Shown piece after piece: positions 17,948 to 28,100 of a stretch of DNA of 64,000 nucleotides. The DNA is taken from the NCBI GenBank assembly GCA_046482545.1, contig JAWOEX010000035.1, positions 160,001 to 224,000 on the forward strand. The letters run 5' to 3'. The notes beneath the pieces are model-generated. The model did not search any database and was not told the origin of the DNA. It saw only the letters and a list, made by a program, of their open reading frames with translations. Made by a program: the position numbers and the translations under genes. The DNA is from Candidatus Thorarchaeota archaeon. Its GTDB lineage: Archaea > Asgardarchaeota > Thorarchaeia > Thorarchaeales > Thorarchaeaceae. Each line of letters begins with the position of its first letter. Positions within the stretch are counted from its first letter, which is position 1.

Positions 17948-20806
17948 CTACCAAAACTGGCGTGTTCTTGCGTACTGCCTTTCAGCCTTTGCGATTTCTC
18001 GCAGTAATGATATTCTATCCATTGTACTAGGCCTCAAAATTCTTGCCGCAGTAGTTGGGCCAATCCCTCGTCCCGCTAGAGTAAGCAGAGCTTTTCTTCC
18101 ATAATTGGCAACCAGAGTTGCAGCCAGATTTGCCTTCTCTAGGATTCTTTCGTCTTCACTTGTTAACTCTTGCCCACGGTGAGCTTTCTCCAAAGCCTTC
18201 TCCAATCGACTAGAAGATGATCTTCCAATTGCAATCATCTTCGACTCACAGGTCGGGCATCTGATTGTTGATTCGAGTGTTGAGATTGTTCTTATTGTAT
18301 GCCATGTGCAATTAGTACAAACTAGCTTCACTTTCTTGGATTCCAGACGGTGCTGCATCACATTCAAGATTTCTCGCTCTTCTGTAACCTCTCCAATGAC
18401 TTCAAACCGCGTACGCGTTTCAACAATGAGATTGGCAAGACTAGATGGCTTCTCTCTCTCAAGGCACATAACCTCTATGAATCCATCCTGAACCTGTTCG
18501 AATATCCTTACTGTCCTTTTCTCATCCAGCTTGTCCTGCAAGACTTCTGCAACCGCGGCGGCAAAGACTGGTGTACTTTCCATGCTCTCCATAAGGCGAT
18601 TTACAGGCAGGGAAGTAATCTGCACATCGCGGCGAATAACCCCCATTCTTCTCGCAACATGGATGAATCTTGATTCAAGCGTTCGAGTCTTCTTGAGTGC
18701 CATCTCTAGAATAGCAGACACTTGCTCAGGCGTGTACTCTTTAAATACATCTGTAACTAACTCTCCATCGATTTTTTCATCTGCTGTCAGTAACACTCGA
18801 TATGGATCACTTTCGGCTGCTATATCTCCGCCAACTCTTGTACCAAGTAATGCGGAAAGAAGTATCGCAAGCGCATCATTTGTTTTGGTCCCGAATGGAG
18901 CGTGAAGGACAAGCCCTCCTGGAAAGCTCTCGACGATGAGCCGTTTTGTTTCAGGGAGTTGACCCAGCTCATTCTTCGCCTGTTCTATTTCCTTGATTAC
19001 ATACTCTACTGCCCTATCTTCAAGCCCATAGGACGATTTAAGCCAGTTACGAGCATCCCTCTCCTCTCTACTTACTATATCATTCATGACGCTTGATACT
19101 TCAGATGCTACCTCATATGGTACCGGAATATTCTCACCAATCCAATGTGGGGCCTCAAATTGGCGGCCTCCAGCTGGTGCACAGATGATTTCTTCGTCTT
19201 CGACACTTATTATCTCCCAAGGCTTACCACGAATGACAAAAACATGACCCGGCTCAAGGCTGCTAACGTAGTTTTCATCCAATACTCCCACTGGTGCTCT
19301 TGTTGCTGCATCAACGACCACAGACTGCTGAACATCAGGTATTGTTGAGAGGTGGGTATAATAGAACGTGAGCACTTTCCACCCACGAGATACTGAAGTA
19401 TCATTCAAGCTGATGTAGCCCTTATTCTCCATGAAACGGAGCAGCTCTAGAAGTTGCTTCCTTTCCACGCTTTTGAATGCATAGGAACGCCTGACGAATT
19501 TCAATAAATCTTGGACTGAAACCTCTTCTCTATCGAGCAATATTCCACATATCTGATGACACAATACATCCCACGCATGGCTTGGAGTCTTTGCTTCTTC
19601 AACTCTGTTGAGTTTGGCCCGCCGAAAGATAACACCAGCTTCCAAAACGTCATCGATATTCACTGTAGCAATGATTATGCCTTTCGCAATCCCTTCAAGA
19701 GTGTGCCCGGATCTTCCTATTCTCTGTAAGCCTCTGGACACCTGCCGGGGACTAGAATACTGCACTACTAAATCTGCTTCTCCTATATCAATGCCTAATT
19801 CCAAACTGGAAGTTGCAATGATACCCTTGGAAGCACCCTCTTTCAGCCTCTGTTCTGCTTCTATTCTGGCCTCTTTAGATAGAGACCCATGATGTACATC
19901 AAATTCAAAGTTCGGTTCAAGGACTCTCATCTTCGAGCCAAGAACTTCTGTGAACGATCTTGTATTAGTAAAAACGAGCGTCGACTTGTGGTTATCAATT
20001 AGGTCAATTATTCGCCGAAGGCGTGCCATCGAGTGTGGTGGGTAGTATATCTTTCTTCCAAGCTCATGATCCTTAGACGTTGGAGTGGGCATTTCAACAT
20101 TCAAATTCATTCTTCTGGCCCTATATCCCGCCCAAACTATTGTTGCCTTACTGACCTCTGTCTCAAGCAGACCAGCAACTTCTTTGGGATTTCCCACTGT
20201 GGCGGATAAACCGATTCGCTGTACATTAGAATTGGTAATCGAATCTAGTCTCCCAAGCCCCAAGCTCAGCTGAACCCCCCGCTTTGTACCTGCAAGTTCA
20301 TGAACTTCATCAATAACAACGGCAAAAACCGTTTGCAGGTGATATCTAAGACGTCTCCCGGGTAGGATTGCCTGCAGTGTTTCAGGTGTAGTTATTAACA
20401 GATTGGGTGGCTTGATTGCTTGTTTTCTTCTTTGGTATTGGGTAGTATCACCGTGTCGTACATCGACAGTAATTCCAAGCTTCTCGCATAATTCTTCGAT
20501 TCGGCGAAACACATCTCTATTTAACGCTCGAAGGGGCGTAATGTAGAGAACATAGAAACCAAACAATTCTTTGTCTAGACTTCTTTCATACAGTATATTC
20601 AACAACGGCAAGAGCGCAGCCTCAGTCTTACCACTACCTGTTGGTGACAACAAGAGAGCATTCTTCCCGCTCAATATCGTTGGTATGGCATCTTCCTGAA
20701 TTGGTGTAGGTTCCTCTATGCCCTGTTCCTGCAACAGTTGAGTGAGCTCTCCCGATAGAGAGTCGAAGGCATTCATGGAGAAGGCTTCCGTGTTTTCAAA
20801 CCTCAC
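17948..20806 (-). CDS. lhr: Lhr-family SF2 helicase with C-terminal zinc finger
   Basis: SPTGSGKTEAA, YITPLRALNRD, TTPETLQ, DEVHEL, GLSATV, HHGSLS, ATSSLELGIDIG, QRIGRSGH; CTNC...CPTC. Confidence 0.9.
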   Translation of the reverse strand: MRFENTEAFSMNAFDSLSGELTQLLQEQGIEEPTPIQEDAIPTILSGKNALLLSPTGSGKTEAALLPLLNILYERSLDKELFGFYVLYITPLRALNRDVFRRIEELCEKLGITVDVRHGDTTQYQRRKQAIKPPNLLITTPETLQAILPGRRLRYHLQTVFAVVIDEVHELAGTKRGVQLSLGLGRLDSITNSNVQRIGLSATVGNPKEVAGLLETEVSKATIVWAGYRARRMNLNVEMPTPTSKDHELGRKIYYPPHSMARLRRIIDLIDNHKSTLVFTNTRSFTEVLGSKMRVLEPNFEFDVHHGSLSKEARIEAEQRLKEGASKGIIATSSLELGIDIGEADLVVQYSSPRQVSRGLQRIGRSGHTLEGIAKGIIIATVNIDDVLEAGVIFRRAKLNRVEEAKTPSHAWDVLCHQICGILLDREEVSVQDLLKFVRRSYAFKSVERKQLLELLRFMENKGYISLNDTSVSRGWKVLTFYYTHLSTIPDVQQSVVVDAATRAPVGVLDENYVSSLEPGHVFVIRGKPWEIISVEDEEIICAPAGGRQFEAPHWIGENIPVPYEVASEVSSVMNDIVSREERDARNWLKSSYGLEDRAVEYVIKEIEQAKNELGQLPETKRLIVESFPGGLVLHAPFGTKTNDALAILLSALLGTRVGGDIAAESDPYRVLLTADEKIDGELVTDVFKEYTPEQVSAILEMALKKTRTLESRFIHVARRMGVIRRDVQITSLPVNRLMESMESTPVFAAAVAEVLQDKLDEKRTVRIFEQVQDGFIEVMCLEREKPSSLANLIVETRTRFEVIGEVTEEREILNVMQHRLESKKVKLVCTNCTWHTIRTISTLESTIRCPTCESKMIAIGRSSSSRLEKALEKAHRGQELTSEDERILEKANLAATLVANYGRKALLTLAGRGIGPTTAARILRPSTMDRISLLREIAKAERQYARTRQFW

Positions 20807-20994
20807 AGTTTATTTATTAGAATGCGTATATCAGTTGAAAACGTTAGGTCTGCCATTTCCTTGTTAGCAATAAGAAACCCAATGGCTTCAGATACTGAAT
20901 CTGCCTCTTGAATTGTCTTCTCTACCAGATGTCTCATCTCGCTCAGATGTGAGATATACGATGCAGCCAACTCAAAATATTCTTTATCCGACAA
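20803..20994 (-). CDS. Small hypothetical helical protein
   Basis: 63 aa, TTG start, stop overlaps the lhr start. Confidence 0.55.
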   Translation of the reverse strand: MSDKEYFELAASYISHLSEMRHLVEKTIQEADSVSEAIGFLIANKEMADLTFSTDIRILINKL

Positions 20995-21013
20995 AATCAG
21001 TCTCTCTCTGAGC

Positions 21014-21115
21014 CTACTCTTCCTGCTCCTCTCCGTAGACAGAATAGGCTAGAATGATCAGCAATGCAGCTATGGCCATTGCATTTAGCACGATTCCTAT
21101 CAATTCAGTTTGCAT
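21014..21115 (-). CDS. 33-aa single-TM mini-protein, OST4-like (not in the ORF track)
   Basis: MQTELIGIVLNAMAIAALLIILAYSVYGEEQEE*; ATG preceded by GAGGT; fills the gap in the elf1-lhr gene run. Confidence 0.6.
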   Translation of the reverse strand: MQTELIGIVLNAMAIAALLIILAYSVYGEEQEE

Positions 21116-21201
21116 AATACTCAAGTTACCTCGCTAAAATTCTACTTATAATCGTTCCTCAAGTCCATCCATAAAAAAGAAATGGCCATTACTATGTTCA
21201 T

Positions 21202-21423
21202 TTATTCATAGTACTGGTCGATGAACTCTCCATAGATATCTACTGCTTCAGTCAGTGGGTTCACTTCATCAATTATCATCTTTAAACCGCAGGAGCCACA
21301 CTTGACACTTGCTATCTCCTCCTCCCTAAACACATCAATCTTGATGGCGGTCTTTCCGCATGAAGGACAGGGATAGACGGAGGGAAGTCTTCTGCGTGAC
21401 CGACTACTGGATCTTCTACCCAT
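21202..21423 (-). CDS. elf1: Transcription elongation factor Elf1
   Basis: MGRR basic N-terminus, LP..YPCPSCG...CGSCG, EAVDIYGEFID. Confidence 0.9.
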   Translation of the reverse strand: MGRRSSSRSRRRLPSVYPCPSCGKTAIKIDVFREEEIASVKCGSCGLKMIIDEVNPLTEAVDIYGEFIDQYYE

Positions 21424-21586
21424 TGCTATTCACCTCTAATTCCCCTAGAACATGATAAGATAGGCTCTGAGAGAAGTCGAGCATATTGACCCTCAAAAGC
21501 GAGAATTTAAGGATTTTGTTAAAGGGTTTTACTCTGAGAGTTCTCCCTGATGAAAGCTTTAATATCGAAGTCTCAGCCGCATATCT

Positions 21587-21823
21587 TTGATGACTGATTT
21601 ATCTCCGAACGAAAAATGTGTGCTGCAGATTCTTGAGCATGAGGGTCCACTAACTACTGCAGATCTCATCAAGGCATCTCGTTCCAGTGAGTACTCTCAT
21701 TTATGTACTGGTTGTGCAGGCGGAGACGCAATCCTCTCAGCAGCCCAGAGTCTTCTTCATAGTGGTTCTATCTCACGAGAACTTGGGAAGGACGGCTATT
21801 GCTGGCATTTGAAGGTTGAATGA
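21587..21823 (+). CDS. Small winged-helix-like protein with CxxC
   Basis: LSPNEKCVLQILEHEGPLTTADL, CTGC, LLHSGSISRE; stop overlaps the next start. Confidence 0.55.
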   Translation: MMTDLSPNEKCVLQILEHEGPLTTADLIKASRSSEYSHLCTGCAGGDAILSAAQSLLHSGSISRELGKDGYCWHLKVE

Positions 21824-23076
21824 TTTCAATGGGTGACATCGAATGGTCTAAAATTAGAAATGACTTTCCGGTTCTAAATCGAAAGATTAACAGCCAAGGA
21901 ATTGTTTACTTGGACAGCGCCTGTATGGCTTTGAAGCCTGCGGTCGTCATAAATGCTATGAACGAATACTATGAGAAATTTTCTGCGTGTGGAGGACGTA
22001 GTGTTCATACACTTGCTGAGGAAGTCTCCAATGCTTTCTCAGAATCTAGGGCAGACTTCGCTCATTTCATAGGTGCATCACACTCCGAGGAATGCATCTG
22101 GACCAGAAACGCTACAGAATCCATCAATATGGTGGCTAGGTCCCTTCACATTCCACATGGTTCTAAGATTGTAACCAGTAGCCTAGAGCATCATAGTGGC
22201 TCGCTCCCATTCGTGGAACGAGCAAAGCGGGATAATCTCGAAGTGGAAGTTGTCACACCCAATAATAATGGCATCTTTGATATTGAAGACTGGAAGAACG
22301 CTATCGACTCAACCACTCGGATAGTATCCATTGTTCATTCGTCAAATGTAACGGGGACCATTGCACCGGTGGAGGAGATTGTGGAAATTGCTCATGATTG
22401 TGGAGCACTTGTACTTTCTGACGATGCTCAGTATGCTCCTCATCATCCACTTGATGTCAGGAAAAGCGATGTTGATTTCTCAGCTATTTCTGTTCACAAA
22501 ATGTGCGGCCCGACGGGGATGGGTGTGCTATACGGAAAATATGAACACCTAGAAGAGATGGACATGTTTCTTCATGGTGGCGATACAGTACAAGATGTGC
22601 GCTTTGAGCATGGTGAAATTAAACCCGAATATCTTCCCCCTCCAGAAAAATTCGAGGCTGGTTTACAGAATTACGCTGGAGTTATAGGCGCAGGGGCGGC
22701 AGCAAACTATCTTTGTTCCATAGGGATGGAACAAATCGAAAGACACGAGAAAGGTCTTCTTGATACCCTTCTATCAGAGCTTAGTTCAATGGAGCATGTG
22801 AGGATTGTAGGTCCACAATTCACCGAGAAAAGAACTGGACTCGTTACCTTTAGTATAGATACCGTTGCTTCAGCTCATGATGTAGCAACTTATCTTAGCT
22901 CAGAAAGAAATGTATTCATCCGTTCTGGAACTCATTGTGCCAATCCTTTTCATTATCAAATTGGCATTCCACCCGAGAAAGGCACTAACAGGGCCAGTGT
23001 CTACCTTTACAATAACAAGGACGATGTCAATTCACTATTGAATGCTATTAGTGATTTTGTTGAAGTGACCTCCTAG
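21820..23076 (+). CDS. SufS/CsdA-type cysteine desulfurase
   Basis: IRNDFPVL, YLDSA, NATESIN, EHHS, D.AQ..PH, SVHKMCGPTG, FEAGL.N, RSGTHCA. Confidence 0.9.
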   Translation: MISMGDIEWSKIRNDFPVLNRKINSQGIVYLDSACMALKPAVVINAMNEYYEKFSACGGRSVHTLAEEVSNAFSESRADFAHFIGASHSEECIWTRNATESINMVARSLHIPHGSKIVTSSLEHHSGSLPFVERAKRDNLEVEVVTPNNNGIFDIEDWKNAIDSTTRIVSIVHSSNVTGTIAPVEEIVEIAHDCGALVLSDDAQYAPHHPLDVRKSDVDFSAISVHKMCGPTGMGVLYGKYEHLEEMDMFLHGGDTVQDVRFEHGEIKPEYLPPPEKFEAGLQNYAGVIGAGAAANYLCSIGMEQIERHEKGLLDTLLSELSSMEHVRIVGPQFTEKRTGLVTFSIDTVASAHDVATYLSSERNVFIRSGTHCANPFHYQIGIPPEKGTNRASVYLYNNKDDVNSLLNAISDFVEVTS

Positions 23077-24845
23077 CTCAAAAGACTTGAAATGCTTTTC
23101 TTCAATCGTTTAATCTCGTCTACTGGATCCGCGAAATCTAGATTAGCAGCTGATAGATTGACGGATTCTCTATACTTTCTGACCCTTCCTTGTACCACCA
23201 CATACTTCCCAAGAATCTTATCTGAGTGGTTTTCCAATGGTTCTAGTTGGTTCTCAGATTCAGAGATCATCTCATTAGCCTCGGCAGCTGTCATTCCAAG
23301 AAGATGTTCCCCTGTTTGCCCGAATAGGGTTGTTCTGATAGATCCTGATCCATCATCAATGGTGATTTTATAAAGCATTCTGGGTTCCGGCTCGTCAATC
23401 TCCCCACATACTCTACAACTGTAATTGCCATTTTGCTTCTCTACCTTTTTCCTGCAATTGGGACATGCCAAATACACGGGGCTAGTCTGCCCAACAGAAA
23501 CTATTATCCCACATATCTCCACACTCTTACCCTCATCTTCTTCGTCAATATTGTCAATCATTACCCTCCCCTCACGAACGGGTCCGCTAGTGGTGATTTC
23601 TGATGTGTCGAGCTGACCGAGTTCAGAATCGTTGGGATTGACTTCTACTTCTGCTTTCCGACCCAAATGGAATTCGACATCATCTCGAAAACCCTCTTTG
23701 ACGTAGCCGTGTTGTACCCGAATGATATCTCCTTCCTTCAAATCCTCCAATTTATCTACATTCTCATTCCAGATTGTTACGCGAATGCTACCTGATTTGT
23801 CAGCAGCAACTAAGTTCTGCACCTTTCCTTCTTTCTCATCTTTCTCGAAAGATTTTGGAGGAAATATCCTGACTACCTTCGCTTCTATGTCTACATCCCA
23901 CATGCCCACATCCAATTTGGAAATCTCCTTTTTGCCAGCACTTTCTCTGCCTCCTTCAGAGCCAACAAGCTCTTCTGACACTTCTATCTCCTTGTCCAAT
24001 CCCCTCTCAATTGTAGACGTTCTTCCCGCGTGCAACTCAACTTCGTCATATTTTCCTTTTCTAGTGTACCCCCCCGTCAGCCGGATTACTTCTCCTTCAG
24101 ATACATCTTTCATTTCTTCGGCATTATCGTCCCAGAAGACTAGTCTGATACTACCTGTTTCGTCTGCACCAATCAGGCTTATCACTTTTCCTTCCTTTCC
24201 ATCCGATTTTCGAGTAAAGGTAGAGAATCTAAACACTCGCATGACCTTCACAACTAGGGAAACATCGTATACCCCCTCTTCCAGGTCTTCTATCTGGACT
24301 TGCTCTACATCTGGAACATCTAGGTTGAATTCTTCCTTTTCGTATTCATCAAGCACCTTTATCCCCCCCATTCGACCTAGATTTAATTCCAATGAATCTC
24401 CCAACCCCTTCTTGACATACCCCCCTCTTATTTGAACCACATCATCTACGTTGATTATGCTCTCTGAGACAGCTCTTGTTTTTTCGTCCCATAGGACCAC
24501 TCTCAACCTTCCCGTATCATCTCCAACCATGATGCTAGTAACTCTTCCTTCGGTACCATCCTTACGCTCAAAAGTTCTAACAGTGCCAACACTCACAACC
24601 TTAGCTGTTAGGTTAATATTTCTACTACCATCTGCTATGTCCTCTATTTTTAATCGGCTCTTTGGCGAGACCTGATGGAGGTCTATACCAAGCTCTCGTG
24701 CTACAATCATTGCAGCCGATTCTTCGTTTACTACTTCGGGTCCTAGCTCTTGTCGTTTCTCTTCAATCATCTCCAGTATGTCTTTTCGTTCATATTCCGG
24801 AAGATGTTTTAGTATCAGTTGGATTATTTCTTCAAGCGAAAGCAA
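23073..24845 (-). CDS. rpa: Replication protein A, large multi-OB subunit with zinc finger
   Basis: Three repeated OB folds (D.TG.IR.V.W) plus a fourth OB with YLACPNC...CRVCG and DDGSG. Confidence 0.9.
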   Translation of the reverse strand: MLSLEEIIQLILKHLPEYERKDILEMIEEKRQELGPEVVNEESAAMIVARELGIDLHQVSPKSRLKIEDIADGSRNINLTAKVVSVGTVRTFERKDGTEGRVTSIMVGDDTGRLRVVLWDEKTRAVSESIINVDDVVQIRGGYVKKGLGDSLELNLGRMGGIKVLDEYEKEEFNLDVPDVEQVQIEDLEEGVYDVSLVVKVMRVFRFSTFTRKSDGKEGKVISLIGADETGSIRLVFWDDNAEEMKDVSEGEVIRLTGGYTRKGKYDEVELHAGRTSTIERGLDKEIEVSEELVGSEGGRESAGKKEISKLDVGMWDVDIEAKVVRIFPPKSFEKDEKEGKVQNLVAADKSGSIRVTIWNENVDKLEDLKEGDIIRVQHGYVKEGFRDDVEFHLGRKAEVEVNPNDSELGQLDTSEITTSGPVREGRVMIDNIDEEDEGKSVEICGIIVSVGQTSPVYLACPNCRKKVEKQNGNYSCRVCGEIDEPEPRMLYKITIDDGSGSIRTTLFGQTGEHLLGMTAAEANEMISESENQLEPLENHSDKILGKYVVVQGRVRKYRESVNLSAANLDFADPVDEIKRLKKSISSLLS

Positions 24846-25127
24846 TGTTTACCACTAACCGTATTCCGATATTGTACGACTCTGTAACTATGATTTGGGG
24901 ATTAGGCTATAAAGTGATATGCTCACCAATACAGAGTTATTCTTTATTTTCACAGTCTGATTCATCTTCTGCTCCCCTGTGGATACTTTCCTCTAGCAGT
25001 AAAAACAGAAAAACCCAAAACATGCTGCATCCGTTTAGACAGAACGACTCTTCCGGAATACGCGAAATTAAAATTCTTACTGCCAATAGAAAATGCTTGA
25101 GCCATGTTGAAATGCTTGTGATACAAA

Positions 25128-28100
25128 ATGGACGACTCTAAACCCGATCTCCCTGTGCACACGATATATTATGACGCATATTTCGAGTCGCTAAATGAAC
25201 GCATCCATAAAATCTACAATATTGCTGAGACTGCCCGAGGGCAGGGCTACGATCCTAAGCCCTTTGTGGAAATACCTCCTGCACACGATGTTGCAGCTAG
25301 AGTAGAGGCCACACTAGGGGGCCCAAAAGGGGTTGCAAATCGTATTCGTGAGCTCCAAAAAGAGATGACTCGGGAGGAAGTTGCTTTCACCGTTGCAGGT
25401 GAAATTGCAAAGGGCGATTTGGGTAATATGGACGATGATGAAAAAGCAGCTGATAAGGCTGTTAGAGTTGGTCTGGCTATTCTAACAGAAAGCATCACTG
25501 CTGCCCCATTAGAAGGCATTGCTAAAGTTCGGATTAGGGGATCCGACTCAGACAAGTATTTGGCATTATACCTAGCTGGTCCGATTCGCGCGGCCGGTGG
25601 AACTGAAGCTGCTATGACTGTGTTGGTTGCTGACTATGTTCGTCAAACATTAGGTCTTCCACCTTTTCAGGCATCAGATAGGGAAATCGAACGCGCTGTT
25701 GAAGAGGTAGAGCTTTATTCGAAATCAGTCCATCTACAATACCCCGTTCATTCAGATTTGGTTCGTTTTGCCTCATCGAAGTTGCCTATCATGCTTACCG
25801 GTGAACCAACGGAGGAATTTGAGGTGTCAGGTAGTAGAGACCTTGACCGGGTGGAGACCAACCGCGTAAGAGGCGGCTCGGTGCTAGTATTAAACGATGG
25901 AGTAGTTGGAAGAGCATCCAAGCTGGCGAAGATTGTCAACAGCATGAAGATAAAGGGTTGGAACTGGTTGAATGAGCTTGCTGGAAAAACAAGGAAAGAA
26001 AAGGAGGGAAAAGACAATGACGCTACTGAGATACTATCGCCAAAATCTGATTATTTAGCTGATGTAATCGGTGGGCGTCCAGTATTTTCTCATCCTTCGA
26101 GACGGACAGGGTTTCGCTTACGGTATGGTCGGTCTAGAAATACGGGTCTCGCAGGCGTGGGAGTCCATCCTGCAACTATGTATCTTGTTGAGTCATTTCT
26201 TGCACCGGGTACTCATATTCGAACTGAGCGCCCAGGCAAAGGCTCGATTGTTACACCTGTTGATTCAATTGAAGGGCCAATTATTCTTCTCAAGAATGGC
26301 ACTGTTAAGCAAATTGAAACTGCAGCAGAGGCACGTGAGATTCAAGATTGCCTTGAACGCATACTGTATCTAGGAGACATAATGATTGCTTTGGGTGAGT
26401 TCATTGAGAATAATCATCCTCTTGTTACTCCGGGATACTGTGAAGAATGGTGGTCTCATGACCTAGAAAATGCATGTTCCCAGCTGAGTGTCCAAGAGCT
26501 CGAAGTCAAGCTTGGTGATACAGACATCAAATTAGAGCGACTGAATGCGATTATCGACTATCCTTTGTCCGAGCGTCCTACACCTAGTGAAGCTATACTT
26601 CTTTCCGAAATTCTTGATATTCCACTGCATCCAAGGTATACCTATCGCTGGCCAGCTCTATCACCAGATGAGTTTAAGACCCTCCGGAAATGGTTTTTCG
26701 CTAATTATGAAATTGAAGAGACCGATGGACATAGTATGATTATTTTGCCTTATGATGCGGATCAGAAAGAACTTCTCTGTAAGGCAGCTATACCTCACTC
26801 ACTTTCGTCAAATGATTCGAGAATTCAGCTTTCTGATGTTATTCAAACGGTACTGGCTCAGTTTGGTGATGAAAACCAAGAATGCAAAGGTGATGATGCT
26901 CTTCAACTGGTTAATTCAGTTACAGAAATACCACTTCGTGACAGGATTGGTTTCTCTATTGGAGCACGAATGGGTCGACCCGAAAAGGCTGAAGAACGAA
27001 AGATGCGCCCTCCGGTCCAAGTTCTTTTTCCGGTAGGTCGTTCGCTATCAAGTGAGCGCGAAATCCAGAAAGTGGCTGAGGCTTCAAGAAGAATTACAAC
27101 GCTAGAATCGTTTGAGGGTAAACCCGATGATGAAGGTAAGCACAAGCCTTCGGGCACTCCTCTCGAGATGGTTTCAAGGGCATGCAAATCATGTGGGGCT
27201 AAAACTTTCGAATCACGTTGTCCAGAGTGCGGTTCTCACACAGAATTGGAGCGATGGTGTTCTCAAGAGGACTGCGGTCGTCCAGTGGATGAGGACACAG
27301 GCCTTTGCCCTGTTGGTCATAATCCAAATCTAGTCAAATCGACAAAGACGTATTGCGTTGATCTTGAGCATTTATTGGAGCATGCAAAAGCAGAAATTGG
27401 TGAACCTCAAACGTATGGTGTTCGGGGTGTTCTAGGCTTAACTAGTGAACAGAAGGTTCCTGAACACCTCGGAAAAGGTATACTACGGGCCAAACATGAA
27501 GTTTACTGCTATCGAGATGGTACAGCCCGCTTTGATGCCACAGATGCCCCACTCACGCATTTCCGCCCATCTGAAATTGGGATTTCCATAAAACGCCTTC
27601 GTGAATTAGGGTACACTAATGACTACGAGGGAAAGTCTCTTACATCGAAAAATCAGATACTCGAACTGAAAGTACAAGACTTGGTAGTTCCGAAGAATTG
27701 CGCAGAGTATCTTTTGAGGGTAGGGAATTTTGTAGATGATTCCTTGAAGAGAATATACGATTTGAATCCCTATTATAAGTTCAGAAGAACTGACGATTTG
27801 ATTGGGCAGCTTGTAATCGGACTTGCCCCTCATACCTCTTCTGGTATCATTGGGAGAATTATTGGTTTCACCGATGCAAGTCTATGTTATGCCCATCCCT
27901 ACTGGCATGCGGCTAAGAGGCGCAATTGTGACGGTGATGAGGACGCATTAATATTGGTATTAGATGCGCTCCTCAATTTCTCTAAATCGTATCTGCCCGC
28001 GGGTCGAGGTGGTTTCATGGATGCCCCTCTAGTTCTTTCCGTCATTCTGGATCCAAAGGAGGTTGACGATGAAAGCCACAACATCGAAATTTGTAGTAGA

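Noticed and set aside
23722-24435. Long antisense ORFs such as 23722-24435, 9974-10558 and 29159-29695
   Set aside because: Ser-rich shadows of well-supported genes on the opposite strand
24846-25127. Possible replication origin between rpa and polC
   Set aside because: No repeated ORB elements and no cdc6/orc1 nearby; it fits a divergent promoter region
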